64,000 bases of DNA from Felis catus (Eukaryota): NCBI RefSeq assembly GCF_018350175.1, contig NC_058368.1, positions 78,122,001-78,186,000 on the forward strand, given 5' to 3'. The notes below the pieces were generated by a model. It was not told the DNA's origin, did no database searches, and saw only the letters and a program-made list of their open reading frames with translations. Below are positions 12,024 through 24,889 of this stretch, in pieces (the first letter of the stretch is position 1; each line of letters starts with the position of its first letter). The translations under genes were made by a program, and so were the position numbers.

Positions 12024-12243
12024 TTTTTCTTTTTTTCTTTTTTTATTTTTTAACGTTTATTCATTTTTGAGAGACAGAGCAGGGGTGGGGAAGGGCAGAG
12101 AGAGGGAGACACAGAATCTGAAGCAGGCTCCAGGCTCCGAGCTGTCAGCACAGAGACCGACACAGGGCTCGAACCCACGAACCCCGAGATCATGACCTGA
12201 GCTGAAGTCAGCTGCCTAACCGACTGAGCCACCCAGGTGCCCC
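12024..12243 (-). mobile_element. CanSINE
   Basis: Full SINEC body. Confidence 0.94.
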
Positions 12244-12962
12244 ACAAAAGTACCTTTTAAGCAAACTGTATCCACTAGATTGAAGTACTGTTTGTGAAAT
12301 GGGTGGTAATTCCTCTTGATTCCTGCTTAAATTTGGGGCTCAGTTTACACTTTTCCCTTTTGTTCCCTTACTAACGAATGTGCTAACACAAAGGACGCAC
12401 CCAGGTCTAAGAAAGAGGACAGCAGTCACATCTGCCTCCATTGTTAGAGTAGGCTTTTCTAGTCTTCAATTACAACTCACCCATTTTTCCTATGTGAAGC
12501 TAGCAGAATTTTGTGGGTGCTGTAATGTATGGGACAGGTTGTCTATGACAACCTTCATTTTTGTCTTGGTTACAGAATGAATGGTACATTATCATCAGCC
12601 CTTGCGTTGATTTTTATCTGAGTACCTAGGCTTCAGTGATTGCCAATATGGCTATTAATCACAGGCTCACTCAAGCTAATATGATACTGCTGTTTTGCTG
12701 ATGACTGCTCTTTGAGTTTTAGCATTTCTTATACTTAAAAGCCTTGCAAAACATGAAGAAAGTAATGCTAAAACACATCATTTTCTACTAGAATTTTGTT
12801 GAACAAAAATGTACTATATATTGTACATATATAGTATGTATACTATACATACTATACATACTATGTATACTATATATACAAAATATAAAGTAGAAAACTG
12901 AACCAATTATTTAGATAACAAAGGCAAAGCAATGCTGTAGCCACATAATTGAAATACTACTA

Positions 12963-13554
12963 CAGTTGACCTGCGAACAACTCTAGGGTTGGGGCTGCCG
13001 AATTGAATAGGCAATTCTATGAACTGAGGCCTGCCTGTGCCACTATGAAGGTGGTTTCCTGTCCTCGACTTATTCTTTATGTAGCACCCCAAAGTCACTT
13101 CACTGGTTTTTAAAATTGATACCTGATAGTACAATTCCAAGAAGAGACACCATCTCACTATCGTCACTAACATTGGTACAGAGAATTTCTTTCAAAGATG
13201 GAGGAAGTGAGTTCCAAGAACCCAGGATGAAAGTGTTTTCCTAATATCTGTCTTTGCACAGTTGGAAATCAGAGTGTAACTTTTGACTCCCCCAAAACTT
13301 ATCTAGTGTTAACCTACCATCTACCAGAAGCTTTGCCAATAACATGCATAAGTAGTTGATAAACATATATTATGTTTGTCATATGTATTATATGCTGTAT
13401 TTTTACAATAAAGTAAGCTGGAAGAAAGAAAATGTTATTAAGAAAAGCATAAGGAAGAGAACATACAAAAACAGTACTAAACTGCATTTATCGAAAAAAT
13501 CCACATATCAGTGGACTCACACAGATCAAACCCAAGTTGTCCAAGGGTCAGCTC
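12963..13554 (+). mobile_element. Tigger2a-like MITE (TcMar-Tigger) with an internal insertion of about 255 bp
   Basis: TIRs cagttgacctgcgaacaac / gttgtccaagggtcagctc flanked by TA; body taacttttgactcccccaaaact and tacaataaagtaagct. Confidence 0.85.
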
Positions 13555-13844
13555 TATTTTAAACTATTCAAAACTAGTAAAACATTAATTTGCATTTTAT
13601 TAACATTCTATAGAATATTTCATGGTTTTCTTCATAACATGATGTTTGAATCTTGCCCACACTAAATTTCCTAGAGACATCAGCAAACCTGGATTTATTT
13701 TATAAGGGACTTTGCTCAGAAGGAATCAAAAACAATATGTTATCATTGAAAATACACACCAAATTATTCTAGTTTGTAAACATGCATGTTACTTTTGTTA
13801 AATCTTAGTGAGGTCCAGCTATGTTTCAATATCAGGATAAAAAT

Positions 13845-14050
13845 GGGGCTCCTGGGTAGCTCAGTCAGTTAAGCATCCAACTTCTGCTCAGGTCATGATC
13901 TCACAGTCTGTGGGTTCAAGCTCCACGTCAGGCTCTGTGCTGATAGCTCAGAGCCTGGAGCCTGCTTCGGATTCTGTCTCCCTCTCTCTCTGCCCCTATC
14001 CTGCTCATGCTCTGTCTCTTTCTGTCTCTCAGAAATAAATGTTAAAAAAA
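13845..14050 (+). mobile_element. CanSINE
   Basis: Full SINEC body. Confidence 0.94.
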
Positions 14051-14208
14051 TTGTTAAATCAGGAAAAAATAAAAAGATAATTTTCTATAATTAACTAGTG
14101 ATCAAGTTAGAAGCTTTAATTAATATTTGAAAATATTCAATTTGGAATTTAAGATGTCACTGCTGTAGTAGAAAGCATCTTAGAAATGTTATGTATGACT
14201 GTAAATTC

Positions 14209-14614
14209 AGTTACGGGTTAAATTGTGTCCCCCACCCCCAAAAATCTTTGGAGTCCAAAATTCCACTACCTCAGAATGTGACCTTGTTTGGAAATAGGGT
14301 TTTATAAATATAATTAATTACATTATAAGTGTACTGGAGTAGAGTGGGTCTCCCTAATCTAATATGACTGTGTCCTTATAAGAAGCCAGCCATGTGAAGA
14401 AATGAATCTATAGGCGAAGGAGTGTCGAAGATGGCCTGCAGACCACCAGAAGGGACAAGAATGCATTCTCCCCTACAGGTTTCAAAGGCAGCATGGACCT
14501 GTGGACCTTGATTTTAGACCTCCCACTGCTGGAGATGTTAAACAATACATTTCTGTTGTGCCAGGCCACTTAGTTTATGATACTTTGTCATACCAGTCCT
14601 AGGAAACTAATACA
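14209..14614 (+). mobile_element. MaLR solo LTR (MLT1 family)
   Basis: gttacgggttaaattgtgtcccc start, cctcagaatgtgaccttgtttggaaataggg, end ctaggaaactaataca. Confidence 0.88.
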
Positions 14615-14766
14615 AGGTCTTTCACAAATGATTGGTAAGCACCAAATTGAAGACCCTCTCTGATATGGTAAAGGAGGTAAATTGAGAGAAATAACAATGT
14701 GTCTAAGTATTTCACCCAATCTCAGCAACAGATCACTGATGATTTAACACTTCTTGTTCATGCCTT

Positions 14767-14988
14767 TTTTTTTTTAATTTTTTTAAATGTTTATTTTTGA
14801 GAGAGAGAGAGACAGAGACAGAGCACGAGTAGGGGAGGGGCAGAGAGGTAGGGAGACACAGAATCCGAAGCAGGCTCCAGGCTCTGAGCTGTCAGCACAG
14901 AGCCTGATGCAGGGCTCAAACCCACGAACCACAAGATCATGACCTGAGCCAAAGCTGGACACTTAACTGACTGAGCCTCCCAGGTCCC
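14767..14988 (-). mobile_element. CanSINE
   Basis: Full body; TSD ttcatgcctt. Confidence 0.94.
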
Positions 14989-15736
14989 TTCATGCCTTCT
15001 TATGTAAAGTCAAGTCACATGGATACATCCATATAAACGCCTTTGTGGTTCATATTGAAAGGCCAAACTACAGCCTTTCTCCAGTAGGTCTTTTGAAAAT
15101 TAAGTGTTCTTAATTAAAGCCTGTTTAGGTGCTCAGTGAGTCTCTCCGTTTTAGAACAGAAGCACCTAACTATTGACAGTGAAAAGAGCAAAAGTGAAAA
15201 CAAAGGGAGGAATGCAGTGACCTGAGCCGCCAAAGGCAGGAGGACTCCTGGGCTAGGTTGCAGAATGAATGCAATTATTCCATGAACAAGGGCATTCCGG
15301 AGGGAGAAAATGTGGGCCAGGTCGAGAGGCCTCAATGCTCAGTTGGCGCTTCAGTCACGTTCCCTGCACTAGTCGAGGTTAGAGTCAGGTTCCAGGCTGA
15401 CTTCGGGCTTTCATCCCTCGTAGCATCAAACAGCAGCTTTGTCAGGGAATGTAAAATAGCGACACATTGATTAACTCGGTGTTTCTGCAAAAAATAATGG
15501 AAAGGAATTGCAAACTGCAGGGCACTTGGCTGGTCGGTAGGAGTAGAGCAGATCCCTCTTGGAGATCAGCGAAAGGTTCGGTTGCCTTTAACCTCTCTCC
15601 CCTGGGTCTCCACCATGAGCATCCCGCCCCAGGGTGCCACATGGTTAATCAGTCGACTCACTTTCCTGCTGACAAGAGAGCAGGCAAGAGTTTTCTCTCT
15701 CTCAGCCCTGAGGCGGCCACGGTTACTCGGGTGATC

Positions 15737-15740
<4 letters not shown>

Positions 15741-15772
<32 letters not shown>
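15741..15772. repeat. (GT)16 microsatellite
   Basis: Perfect dinucleotide run. Confidence 0.98.
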
Positions 15773-15774
<2 letters not shown>

Positions 15775-16534
15775 GTGAAAGGGTTGTGGAGGATTTAGAA
15801 CTGCAGATTCCTCCAGAAGGAGTGAAAGATGGAGTGGGTCAGGAGATGAAAAAAGATAGAAAAAGAAAGCATCGTCTCATATGAGGCTGGGAGAAAATAC
15901 GTTTTTACTTCCTCGGAAATACATGCTCCCTGGTACAGGTTTCATTCATTTGTAAGAAGCTTTCGCTAGCCTTCGTGCAATTCTACAGCCACTAAACCGT
16001 CATTAGCAGATGACAGCAGCCTGCTCTCACAAGTGCGTTTAATATAGCATAATTTATGGATTTCAGTTTCAAAATAAGCACCATTTAGCCTGTCTGGCAC
16101 CTCTTCCTCCTTCGTCTTCTCCATCACCAAGTGTCAACTGTGAGCAGAGTGGCCTCCAGCAACGAGACGTCTGCACAGCCTTTCTTCCCTTCTGGCTCAG
16201 GGTACCCGCTGGGGGTACATCGCTCCCAGAGCTGCCTGGGAAGCAAATCCAGTGCGGGCTGAGTCCCACAGGACGGCTTTGCCACGTCCTTGAAGAAGGA
16301 CTGCTTACCACCTTGCACTACTGTCTGCTGAGAATTAAGCAAATGGAACAAAATGATGATTCTGAGTTAGAAGTTTGCACGAATGATCTTGGCTGTTTGC
16401 ACCCACAATAAGGCGCGCATTTTCATCCCTCGATGCACAGTGAGAGGAAACGCTTCAGCAGAGGAGGTCACTTAGAGCAGAAATGATACGCTGCAGGGCC
16501 AACTTTCCTCAGATACTGTTGTCTTTCTGCGGCG

Positions 16535-16640
16535 CTGGCTGCCTAGTTTGCTGGGCCCAGTGTGAAATAAAAAGGTGGGGCCCCTTGAATATCAAGATGA
16601 CAGCAGCAAGCCATTATACCAAGTGTGGGCCCTTACTAAC
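16535..16640. mobile_element. MER91-like hAT MITE fragment
   Basis: gggcccagtgtgaaataaaaaggtggggccccttg...caagatgacagcagc; oriented opposite to the copy at 22920. Confidence 0.65.
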
Positions 16641-17319
16641 CGCATTTATATTTATTTAATCACTACCGCATCTAGTATTTGCACTCCCCAGTGAGCCCTT
16701 CTCTTTTTTACCTTTGGATGGACAGACTCTTCTCCCCATCATTCACAGTCTTTCTTGAAAAGTGAGAAAATAAACGTTAAGTACAGTTTTAATTGATTCG
16801 CCATTGACAAATTATCAGATTGTTCCAAGGCAGTCAGGATATCTAAAAGGAATTCACAATTCTGTGCTTCAAAAGAGGACATAAACGACTTGAAAACTGA
16901 TCATTATTTTTAGGCATCATTTGACATATACTAATAATAATGTAAACAGTAATCCAGGTGTCCTTATGTGGCATAATTCTTAACGTTATTTTTCACTGAC
17001 TTAACCATTCTGATGTCAGCACTGCTGAGTAGAGAAATGATCTCCCCAATTATTAGAAATCTCAAAAACAAGGGACGTGAAATTTTACAGACCAGGTGTG
17101 TTCCAATAGGTCGGTCCCCCTTGTGCTAATTGATGTGCAGATATGGGCTGCTTTACTATTTCCTGCTAGAAGCCCAATGACATAATTTGTTCCATTCAGA
17201 ACTTATTGACTTTGATTTCTTCATTGAGACAGAACAATTAATATCCAAATTGATTAATCTGACATGCATATATTACTTTTCTTAGCAGCTTCATTGATAA
17301 CAAATCCATCAAAAATCAG

Positions 17320-19860
17320 TTATAAAATGCTTCCATCCCACAAATAACATTCCTCATACCCATTCATAGTAAACTCCATTCCAGCCCTCAGCCCCAAGCC
17401 ACCACTAATCTATTTTCTGTCTCTATAAATTTCTTCTGCACATTTCACATAAATAGCATCATACAATATGCATTATCTTGTATATGGTTTCTTTTACTTA
17501 GCATAATGTTTTGAGAGTCATCCATGGTACAGAGTGTCAGTAGTTTGTTTTCTGAAGAAGAACAATCCATTGTATAAATGTACCGCATTTGTCTATTCAT
17601 TCCCAGTTGATGAACATTTAGGTTATTTCCAGTTTGGGGTATTAGAAATAAAGCTGCTGTGAACGTTCACATGTAAGTCTTAATGTGGACTTAGTTTTAT
17701 TTTCTCTTGGCTAAATAGCTAGCAGTGGAGATACTGGCTCATACAGTAGTTTTATGTTTATCTTCTTGAGAAATTGCTGAAGAGATTTTCCAAAGTGTCC
17801 CATTTGACATTCCCACAAGAAGTGCATGAGGGTGTTCATTTCTCCGCATCCCTGCCAACACTCGTTTTGGGCTGTCATTTAATACAGCCATTTTTGTAAG
17901 TGTGCAACTGTATCTCATTGTGGTTTTAATTTGCCTCTCCCTAATAATAAATGATTTTGAACATCTTTTTCACGTGCTTACTAGCCATTCATATACCTTA
18001 TTCTGTATGTCTGTTCATATCTCTTCATCTATTTCTTTTATCAGTTTGTTTGTCTTATTGAGTTGTAATTGTGCCTGGTAAATTGTGGCTCTAAGTCCTT
18101 TATCAGATAAGTGTTCTATTCACTCTGAATCTATTGCTTATCTTCTCATTTTCTTAATGGTGATTTTATTTAATGACTTTATTTCTTTCAGAGAAGTTTT
18201 ATATTTACAGCAAAATTAAGAAGAAGGTGGAAAGATATCCCACATACACCTTGCCCCTACACATGCACAACCTCCACATTATCAATATCCCGCACCAGGT
18301 AGTACATTTGTTACAATGGATAAACCTGCCTGAACACATCATAATCACCCAGCCCGGAATTTACAGCAGGGTTCACTTTTGGTGGTGTGCATTTTATGGC
18401 TTGTATAATGGCATGTGTCTACCATTATAATATCATACGGAGTGTTTTTACTGTCCTAAGAATCTTTTGTGTTCTCCGTACTCGTCCCTCCCTTTCCCCT
18501 CACCAGGCTGGCAACCACTGGCGTTTTTACTGGTCCCATAGTTTTGCCTTTTCCAGAATGGTCTATGGTTGGAATCACATGGTATGTGGCCTTTTCAGCC
18601 TCACTTCTTTCACTTAGGAATATACGTTTGAGATTCCTCCACATCTTTTGATGGCTTGATAGCTCATTTGTTTTTAGGGCTAAGTAGTATTCCCTTGTGT
18701 GGATATACCACTGTTGATCAGTTCACCTACTGAAGGACATCTTGGTTGTTTCCAAATTTGAATCCAATTTGAATCCAATTGGTTGAATCCAATTCTGAAT
18801 AAAGCTGCTATGATCATTCATGTGCAAGTTTTTGTCTGGACATAAGTTTCCACATCCTTTGGGTAAATACCAAGGAGTGTGAGTCCAAGATCATATGTTT
18901 AGTTTTGTAAGAAACCACCAAACGTCGCCCAAAGTAGCTGCACCATTTCTCATTCCCACCAGCAGGGAGTGAGGATTTCCGTTGCTGGGCGTCCTTTCCA
19001 GCATTTGTTATTGTCACTGTTGGGAATTGTGGCCATTCTAGTGGATGTGTATTAATGGTGATTTTTGGTGAAGTTCAGAGGATCTTTTTTTGTTCTTTAA
19101 TGGACTGTATTTTTAGTGCCACATCTGAGAAATATTTGCCTAACCCAAGGTCTCAGGGATTTTCTCCTACGATTTCTCCTGCAAGTTTCATTGTTTTAGT
19201 TATTTCCTTTAGGTCTGTGATCCATTTTGAGTTAATTTTGTGGGTGCCGTGAGGTATAGGTCTAAGTTCATCATTTTGCTTATGGATATCCAATTGTCCC
19301 AGCATTATTTGTTGAATAGAGTGTCCTTTTCTCAATTAATATTCTTGCCACCTTTGTCACAAATAGAACGATAAATACAATTATTTTTTCTGCACTCTTA
19401 ATTCTGTCTCATTTGCCCACTTGTCTATCTTTACTTTCTTGGTAAATGGAGCTTTCTACCAAGTTCTGGATTTGGTAAGTGAAAAGACCCCCAAGTTTAC
19501 CTTTTCCCGGAGTGCTTTGTCTATTATATGTGTTTTGCATCTCCATATAATTTTTTTTTATTTGCTTGTCTATTTCCATTTTTAAAATGCTGCAGCTTTG
19601 ATAGCGAGTAAATTGAAAGTACAGATCAAATTCGGGGAGAATTGCCGTCTTAACAATATGGAGGCTCTCAACCCATGAGTGTGTAGTGTATCTCCGCTTA
19701 TTTATACTTTCTTCAATTTCTCTTAGCAAAGTTTTGTAATTTTTCGGTTTGTAAGTCTTCACTTCTTTTCCTTAAACTTACTATAAGTATTGTTAATGCT
19801 GTTTTGAATGGATCTTTATTCTCAATTTCATGTTTAGATTGGTCTTCACTTGTAAGCACA
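17320..19860 (-). mobile_element. Ancient L1 (L1MB/L1MC-like) 3' part, antisense, interrupted by a nested L1
   Basis: Minus-strand ORF2 remnants (NYKTLLREIEESINKRRYTTHSWVESLHIVKTAILP; KINSKWITDLK). Confidence 0.88.
18168..19051 (-). mobile_element. Nested L1MC-like 3' fragment
   Basis: Second L1 3' end within the host L1; 14-bp TSD ttaatggtgatttt at 18154-18167 and 19052-19065. Confidence 0.85.
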
Positions 19861-22800
19861 TATTTACTTTCATAATACCTGAGACAAGCTGAGCAAAAGG
19901 TCCTGACTGCATTTACAGAGGAGAGGAGAGAAAAAAACTCAAAAAAAAAAAAAATCCCAGGTTCATCTCCACATGAATGCATGTGCCATACATGTATGTT
20001 TTTTCAAATAAAAATCCTGCATTTCTTTTTTCTTACCTTTTTGAACAATAAATACTCATTATGGAAAATGTGGCTATAAGACAAGAGTCACTGGAGGCTG
20101 CAGTCACGGGGAGCTGAGTCACATCTGCCTCAACCTGAGCTCTCTGGTCCCATGTCTCCGTACACCTACACAGCCGAGATTGTGGCACCCACTGATTCCC
20201 AGGCTCCTTTCTTGCCGTCCTTTGTGCAGAGTATTTTCTTAACTAGCTGAAGAGTTCGGTGGTGAAGCACCAGGCACAGAAGTGAGACACAGTTGCTTAT
20301 ACTCTAAGTACCCCCATGTCCTCCCTTGTAAATGGGGGTGACAGAACCCTGGCTCATTTCCTCCTTAGATTTCCCCCACTTCCCTCTCTTTCTTCCTTCC
20401 TTCCTTCCCCTTGGGTTCCACCTCCTTCCTACGTCTGTGTCAGGCTCTCTGAAGTAACTGCCCATGGACAGGACATCATCTCAGAACCTCATGCAGCGTC
20501 CTCATCCCACCTCTGATTTGGGGACAGCATTCCAGGGACCAGTGCTCCCTCCACAGAGTCCCTCTCTAAAACCCCCAAAGCGCCTCCCGGTTTCCCCTCT
20601 CTTGACCCCAGGTTAGACCCCGGGTGCAGTTTGGGGCCGCCTACCCTTAGAGTGCTGGGTAAGTGCACAGTTCCCCAACCTCAGTGACTCCAGCATCCCG
20701 CCTCCCCCTGTGTTTTCCTCTCAGCCTCCACTTTTCCACGCGTGTGCAATGTTGTGTTGCAGCTGTGGTCTCTTTCGCTCACTGATAGGCAGATACGGGC
20801 TCTTCTACTGTTGCACAGGGCTGAAGGGCCAGGCACAGTCATGCTTCCATGGATTGTAAAACTTCCACGAAGACACAAAGCCGTGCAGGGAAAGCTGGCC
20901 TCACGGATCACAGGTTGTCTACAGTTTTGCTGCCCTCCCCTCCCCATACTAATTGTCATTCACCTAGGACAGCCCTGTTCCCACAGGCCACCAAGGCAGA
21001 GAAGGACCCCTGCTTCCTTCCCCACCCCAAAACTCTCTCATGCCGCGAAGCCCTGCTAAGGGCATTGGACTTCCCCAGCCCCTATGAAGTTCTGAAAAGT
21101 GACAGCAGGGTACTTCCAAAAGCACCTGTATTTGTGATACCTGGAATTCAGCACTATTATTGGGATCATCGTAAGCACTTCCCTTTTCCTGTGGCTCTTG
21201 AGTTTTCAGACATAACCGAACCTGTACAATGATGGAGACTCTACTGTGGTTAAAATAATCAGATGATTAAAGCATAGTAGTGTGACCCTTAATACACACA
21301 CAAAAATAAGTCAGGTTGACTTGTTTTTCTTTGCGTTTTATCAAGGCGGCGCTGTGTGTCAGCACTAAATTAAAGTCAGAAATCCTAACACTTTGCCAGG
21401 TACTAATTACATGCCCTCGAGGAAGGTGCTTTATTTCGGGGTGGGGGAGGGGAGGGCTCCAATTTCCCTAACTGTACAAAGAAGGAAGAGGTTGTTTTAC
21501 TCGACCTCTATGGTCCCACCAGAGCAGTAATCTACAGCTACAGGAAATGTGCGTGCTTGTACAAGCTTCGTACAAACCTAAGCTGAAATTGTCTCCCTTC
21601 TGAAAAAAAAAAAAAAATTATTTTGCTTCTTTAGTCCACGTGGAGTTCTGTAACCATGGATAAAGATAATATTATCACAGTATTTTGTGATCGTTACACA
21701 TTCAAGAGTTTATACAATGCAATGTTAAAAGTTAACTCAAAAACTAAACTGATACAAAATCTTAAAATAGATCATTTGTACTGGAGAAACCCGGGGTACT
21801 TGTGGTAATGCTGGGACTTGACCAGTGTGGAATATTGGTCCTTGATTTTGTGTTTGGAGAGAGGATTTAAGGATTTGTGCCATAATTTCTCCATCTAGAA
21901 TAAATGCTAGTTATTTCTCAAAGCTCTATATGTTTCGTGATTTAAACGATGTTCGAACTCAAATGACAATAACTCATCAAGGACAAAATGTCATAACACC
22001 ACTTAAAGTAAAAATAAGGGCTTAGTTCACTCAGAAGGCTAAAAATTGTTCAATGAAAGGGTTGAAAATAAATGGTCTTTGGTGACATAAAGCTTGACTC
22101 TCAGTCCCCTGAGACTGAACAGTGGACATTTATGCCATAGTTCTGCATAATAAATAGAAAACAGAACTTAGTGAGAAAAAAAAAATCCTTGCTCACTGGG
22201 AATAAACCACCATATTCCTGATGCTTGTCACGGGCAGCCATTTTTGACGACCTAATTTGGCCATTTTGGAGTGGCTCTCATTCAGCAGCTCATGAATTAA
22301 GAGCTGTTATTAAGCTTTTCCCTTAAAACCCTCACACCCACCTTTTACATTTACTGGCTTTAACTGTTGATTTGCCTGGCAGTAATTCAAAGAGGGCAGC
22401 ATGGGTGTTGTGACACTACTTAGTTCTCAAGAACAGCTCTGTGGTCATTTTTAAAGAGATCACAAGTACCGGAACCTAATTCCATAAGGTCTGAAAACTA
22501 CTTCGTGATGGGTGGTAAACACACCACCAGTGGGAAGAGTAGAAACATCTTCTAAGCCCATGTAGCATTAACAGCAGGCTGTTGAATGTTCTTTCCCACA
22601 TACAAGTGGTTCCATCAACAATATGTTGCCAACCGAGGAGGAGGATATACCCAACAAAACCAGAGGTAGGTATGGCAGGGTAATGCCTGGAACTTGAGTC
22701 TAGAATGTTTAGGACTGCTGTCAACCCTCCCCGACTCCTACCTTCTACCCCCACATAATGCAACAAAGCAAGACTTTTTGAAAGCATGACTTAAGAGAAC

Positions 22801-22919
22801 TGCCTTATTTCAAGTTTCTATGAACTTAAGATATCGTTTCCAGGTCCCTTCTGGCTCCACATCCCTGGTTTTATGAAAGAGTTGTGTTGGGTTGCCATTG
22901 CTGGCCAATGGATGTCTGA

Positions 22920-23070
22920 TGCTTGCAGTCACAGGGCCCTGCAGTCAGGAGAGCCCCGTGCTTCGTGCAGTACTCTGTTGTATCATCTTAACGTTTCTGG
23001 TGGTTTTTGAGCAAAGGGCCCACAGTTTTACTCCACACTGGGTCTTACAAATGTTGTAGCCAATCCTGGC
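22920..23070. mobile_element. MER91A-like hAT MITE
   Basis: gcagtcacagggccc...gagcaaagggccc...tgtagccaatcctg. Confidence 0.75.
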
Positions 23071-23325
23071 ATATTTGAATCAAAAGTTTTATTTGTTTTT
23101 TACTTTTTTTTGTATCAGAAGTTTTAGATCAAATTCTATGTGTGATCTGGAAAAGTAACACTAAGCTTCCTTATGAATATAATAGATGAGTATGAGTCTA
23201 TTCAACCAAAGGATTTCAATGAAGCATGGCTTTAAAGAGATGGGCAGCACTACTAACATGATATAAGAGAACAAAAGCGGCTAACTTCTTTGAAGAAAAA
23301 TAACTATAAATAATAAAAATGAAAA

Positions 23326-23549
23326 GGGGCACCTGGGGGGCTCAGTCGGTTAAGCATTCGACTTCAGCTCAGGTCATGATCTCACGGTTTGTGGGTTCAA
23401 GCCCCACATCGGGCTTTGTGCTGACGGCTCAGAGCCTGGAGCCTGCTTCGAATTCTGTGCCTCCCTCCCTCTCTGTCCCTCCCCCGCTCGCACCTGATCT
23501 CTCTCTGTCTCTCAAAAATAAATAAACATTAAAAAAAAAAATAAAAAAC
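23326..23549 (+). mobile_element. CanSINE
   Basis: Full body; TSD aaaatgaaaag. Confidence 0.94.
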
Positions 23550-23559
23550 AAATGAAAAG

Positions 23560-23850
23560 ATGAGTCCAAAAAGCTACTTTCAGACCAATCCCTTTATAAA
23601 TAGGAAACAAAAATCCGAACTGTTAGCACATAGAATCCAGCAAAAGCTTTAAAACAATAACAGAACGTGACTAAATTTGGGTGAATCCAAAACATACAAA
23701 TTTTCTTTTTTTCTTTTTTCTTTTTTTTAGAATTAAGAAATGTATTAATTCATGCATCATGTTTGCAGATCTAAAGTGAAAAATAAAAGATCTCCATTAG
23801 TCCTGGAAGAACATTTTAAGACCCAAAATCTGTTCTTGATAAAAATGCAT
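23560..23850 (+). mobile_element. Ancient L1 ORF2 RT fragment
   Basis: ttcagaccaatccctttataaatagg...ttagcacatagaatccagc resembles the L1 RT segment [23 protein letters not shown]. Confidence 0.7.
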
Positions 23851-24187
23851 ATTGATAAAGCTGAAAATGTGTATTGATAATATCGAGGTAGACTGACATG
23901 TTTTTAGTACAATGTAAACAAAAGCAACAGCACTGGCTTTAGCTGTGAGCACTACAGGCCTCAGAAGAAGGCCCACTGTATACTATTTAACGCTGTCCAT
24001 ACCCGGGGAACCCAATGCTTTATATTTAAGTAAAATAGTGACATTTTCTCCTATTTATTTCATTAAAATTGGGCTCTTTATATTTCCTATCATTCCTAGA
24101 ATCATCTTAGAAAATCATATATTTCCACTAAAGTATTTCACCCACATTAAAACATAGATCAGTAACAGTTTTAAGAATGTCATTCTA

Positions 24188-24307
24188 GGGAAACCTGGCT
24201 GCCTCAGTCAGTAGAGCAGGCGACTCTTGATTGAGGGGTTGTGAGTTCGAGCCCCATGTCAGGTGCAGAGATGACTTAAACATAAAACCTTTTTTTTAAA
24301 AAAAAAA
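24188..24307 (+). mobile_element. Short old CanSINE (SINEC_old-like)
   Basis: tRNA-like head tcagtcagtagagc...gagttcgagcccc, no CT tract, A-rich tail. Confidence 0.85.
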
Positions 24308-24438
24308 GTTATTCTATTCTGATTCTTTTTTTTTTTTTGCACATAGTAAACTTAATCTGCAGCAAATAAGGAAATCATGGGAAATAATGTCCAAAGCCGT
24401 GACTTTTATGATTCTTTTAAATTATTTCCTCTTGCTAT

Positions 24439-24654
24439 TTTTTTTAATGTTTATTTATTTATTTTTTTGAGATAGAGAGAGACAGAGCATAAACGGGGCA
24501 GGGTCAGAGAGAGAGGGAGACACAGAATCTGAAGCAGGCTCCAGGCTCTGAGCTGTCAGCACAGAGCCCGGCGCGGGGCTCGAACTCACGGACCGTGAGA
24601 TCAAGACCTGAGCTGAAGTCGGATGCTCAACCGACTGTGCCACCCAGGCGCCCC
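24439..24654 (-). mobile_element. CanSINE
   Basis: Full body; TSD cttgctat. Confidence 0.94.
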
Positions 24655-24889
24655 TTGCTATCTTTTTTTTACTTCATTCTTTTCCAAAATTTTCAAAATT
24701 CAAAATTTTGACTCTCTTCTTTTACATTAGACAGAAATTTATATATTTTGCATATTAACTTTTTTTAAGTCAGCTTTTGGGTTTATTTACTACTCTCTTC
24801 AATCTCTACTTTCTATCTCATTAGATTTTTGCCTTCATGCATTCATGTATTAAGATCTCCTTTGTTTTCCTGTATTGCTCATTCTCTAA

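Noticed and set aside
16069..16410. Long stop-free frames on both strands
   Set aside because: No recognisable domain and no convincing paired splice sites; moderately GC-rich sequence lowers stop frequency
22251..22260. Lone CArG box CCTAATTTGG
   Set aside because: Several are expected by chance in 64 kb; no adjacent ETS site
24188..24270. tRNA-like sequence (A and B boxes)
   Set aside because: Head of a short old CanSINE with an A-rich tail; the same family recurs at 38200-38303 and no intact cloverleaf is evident
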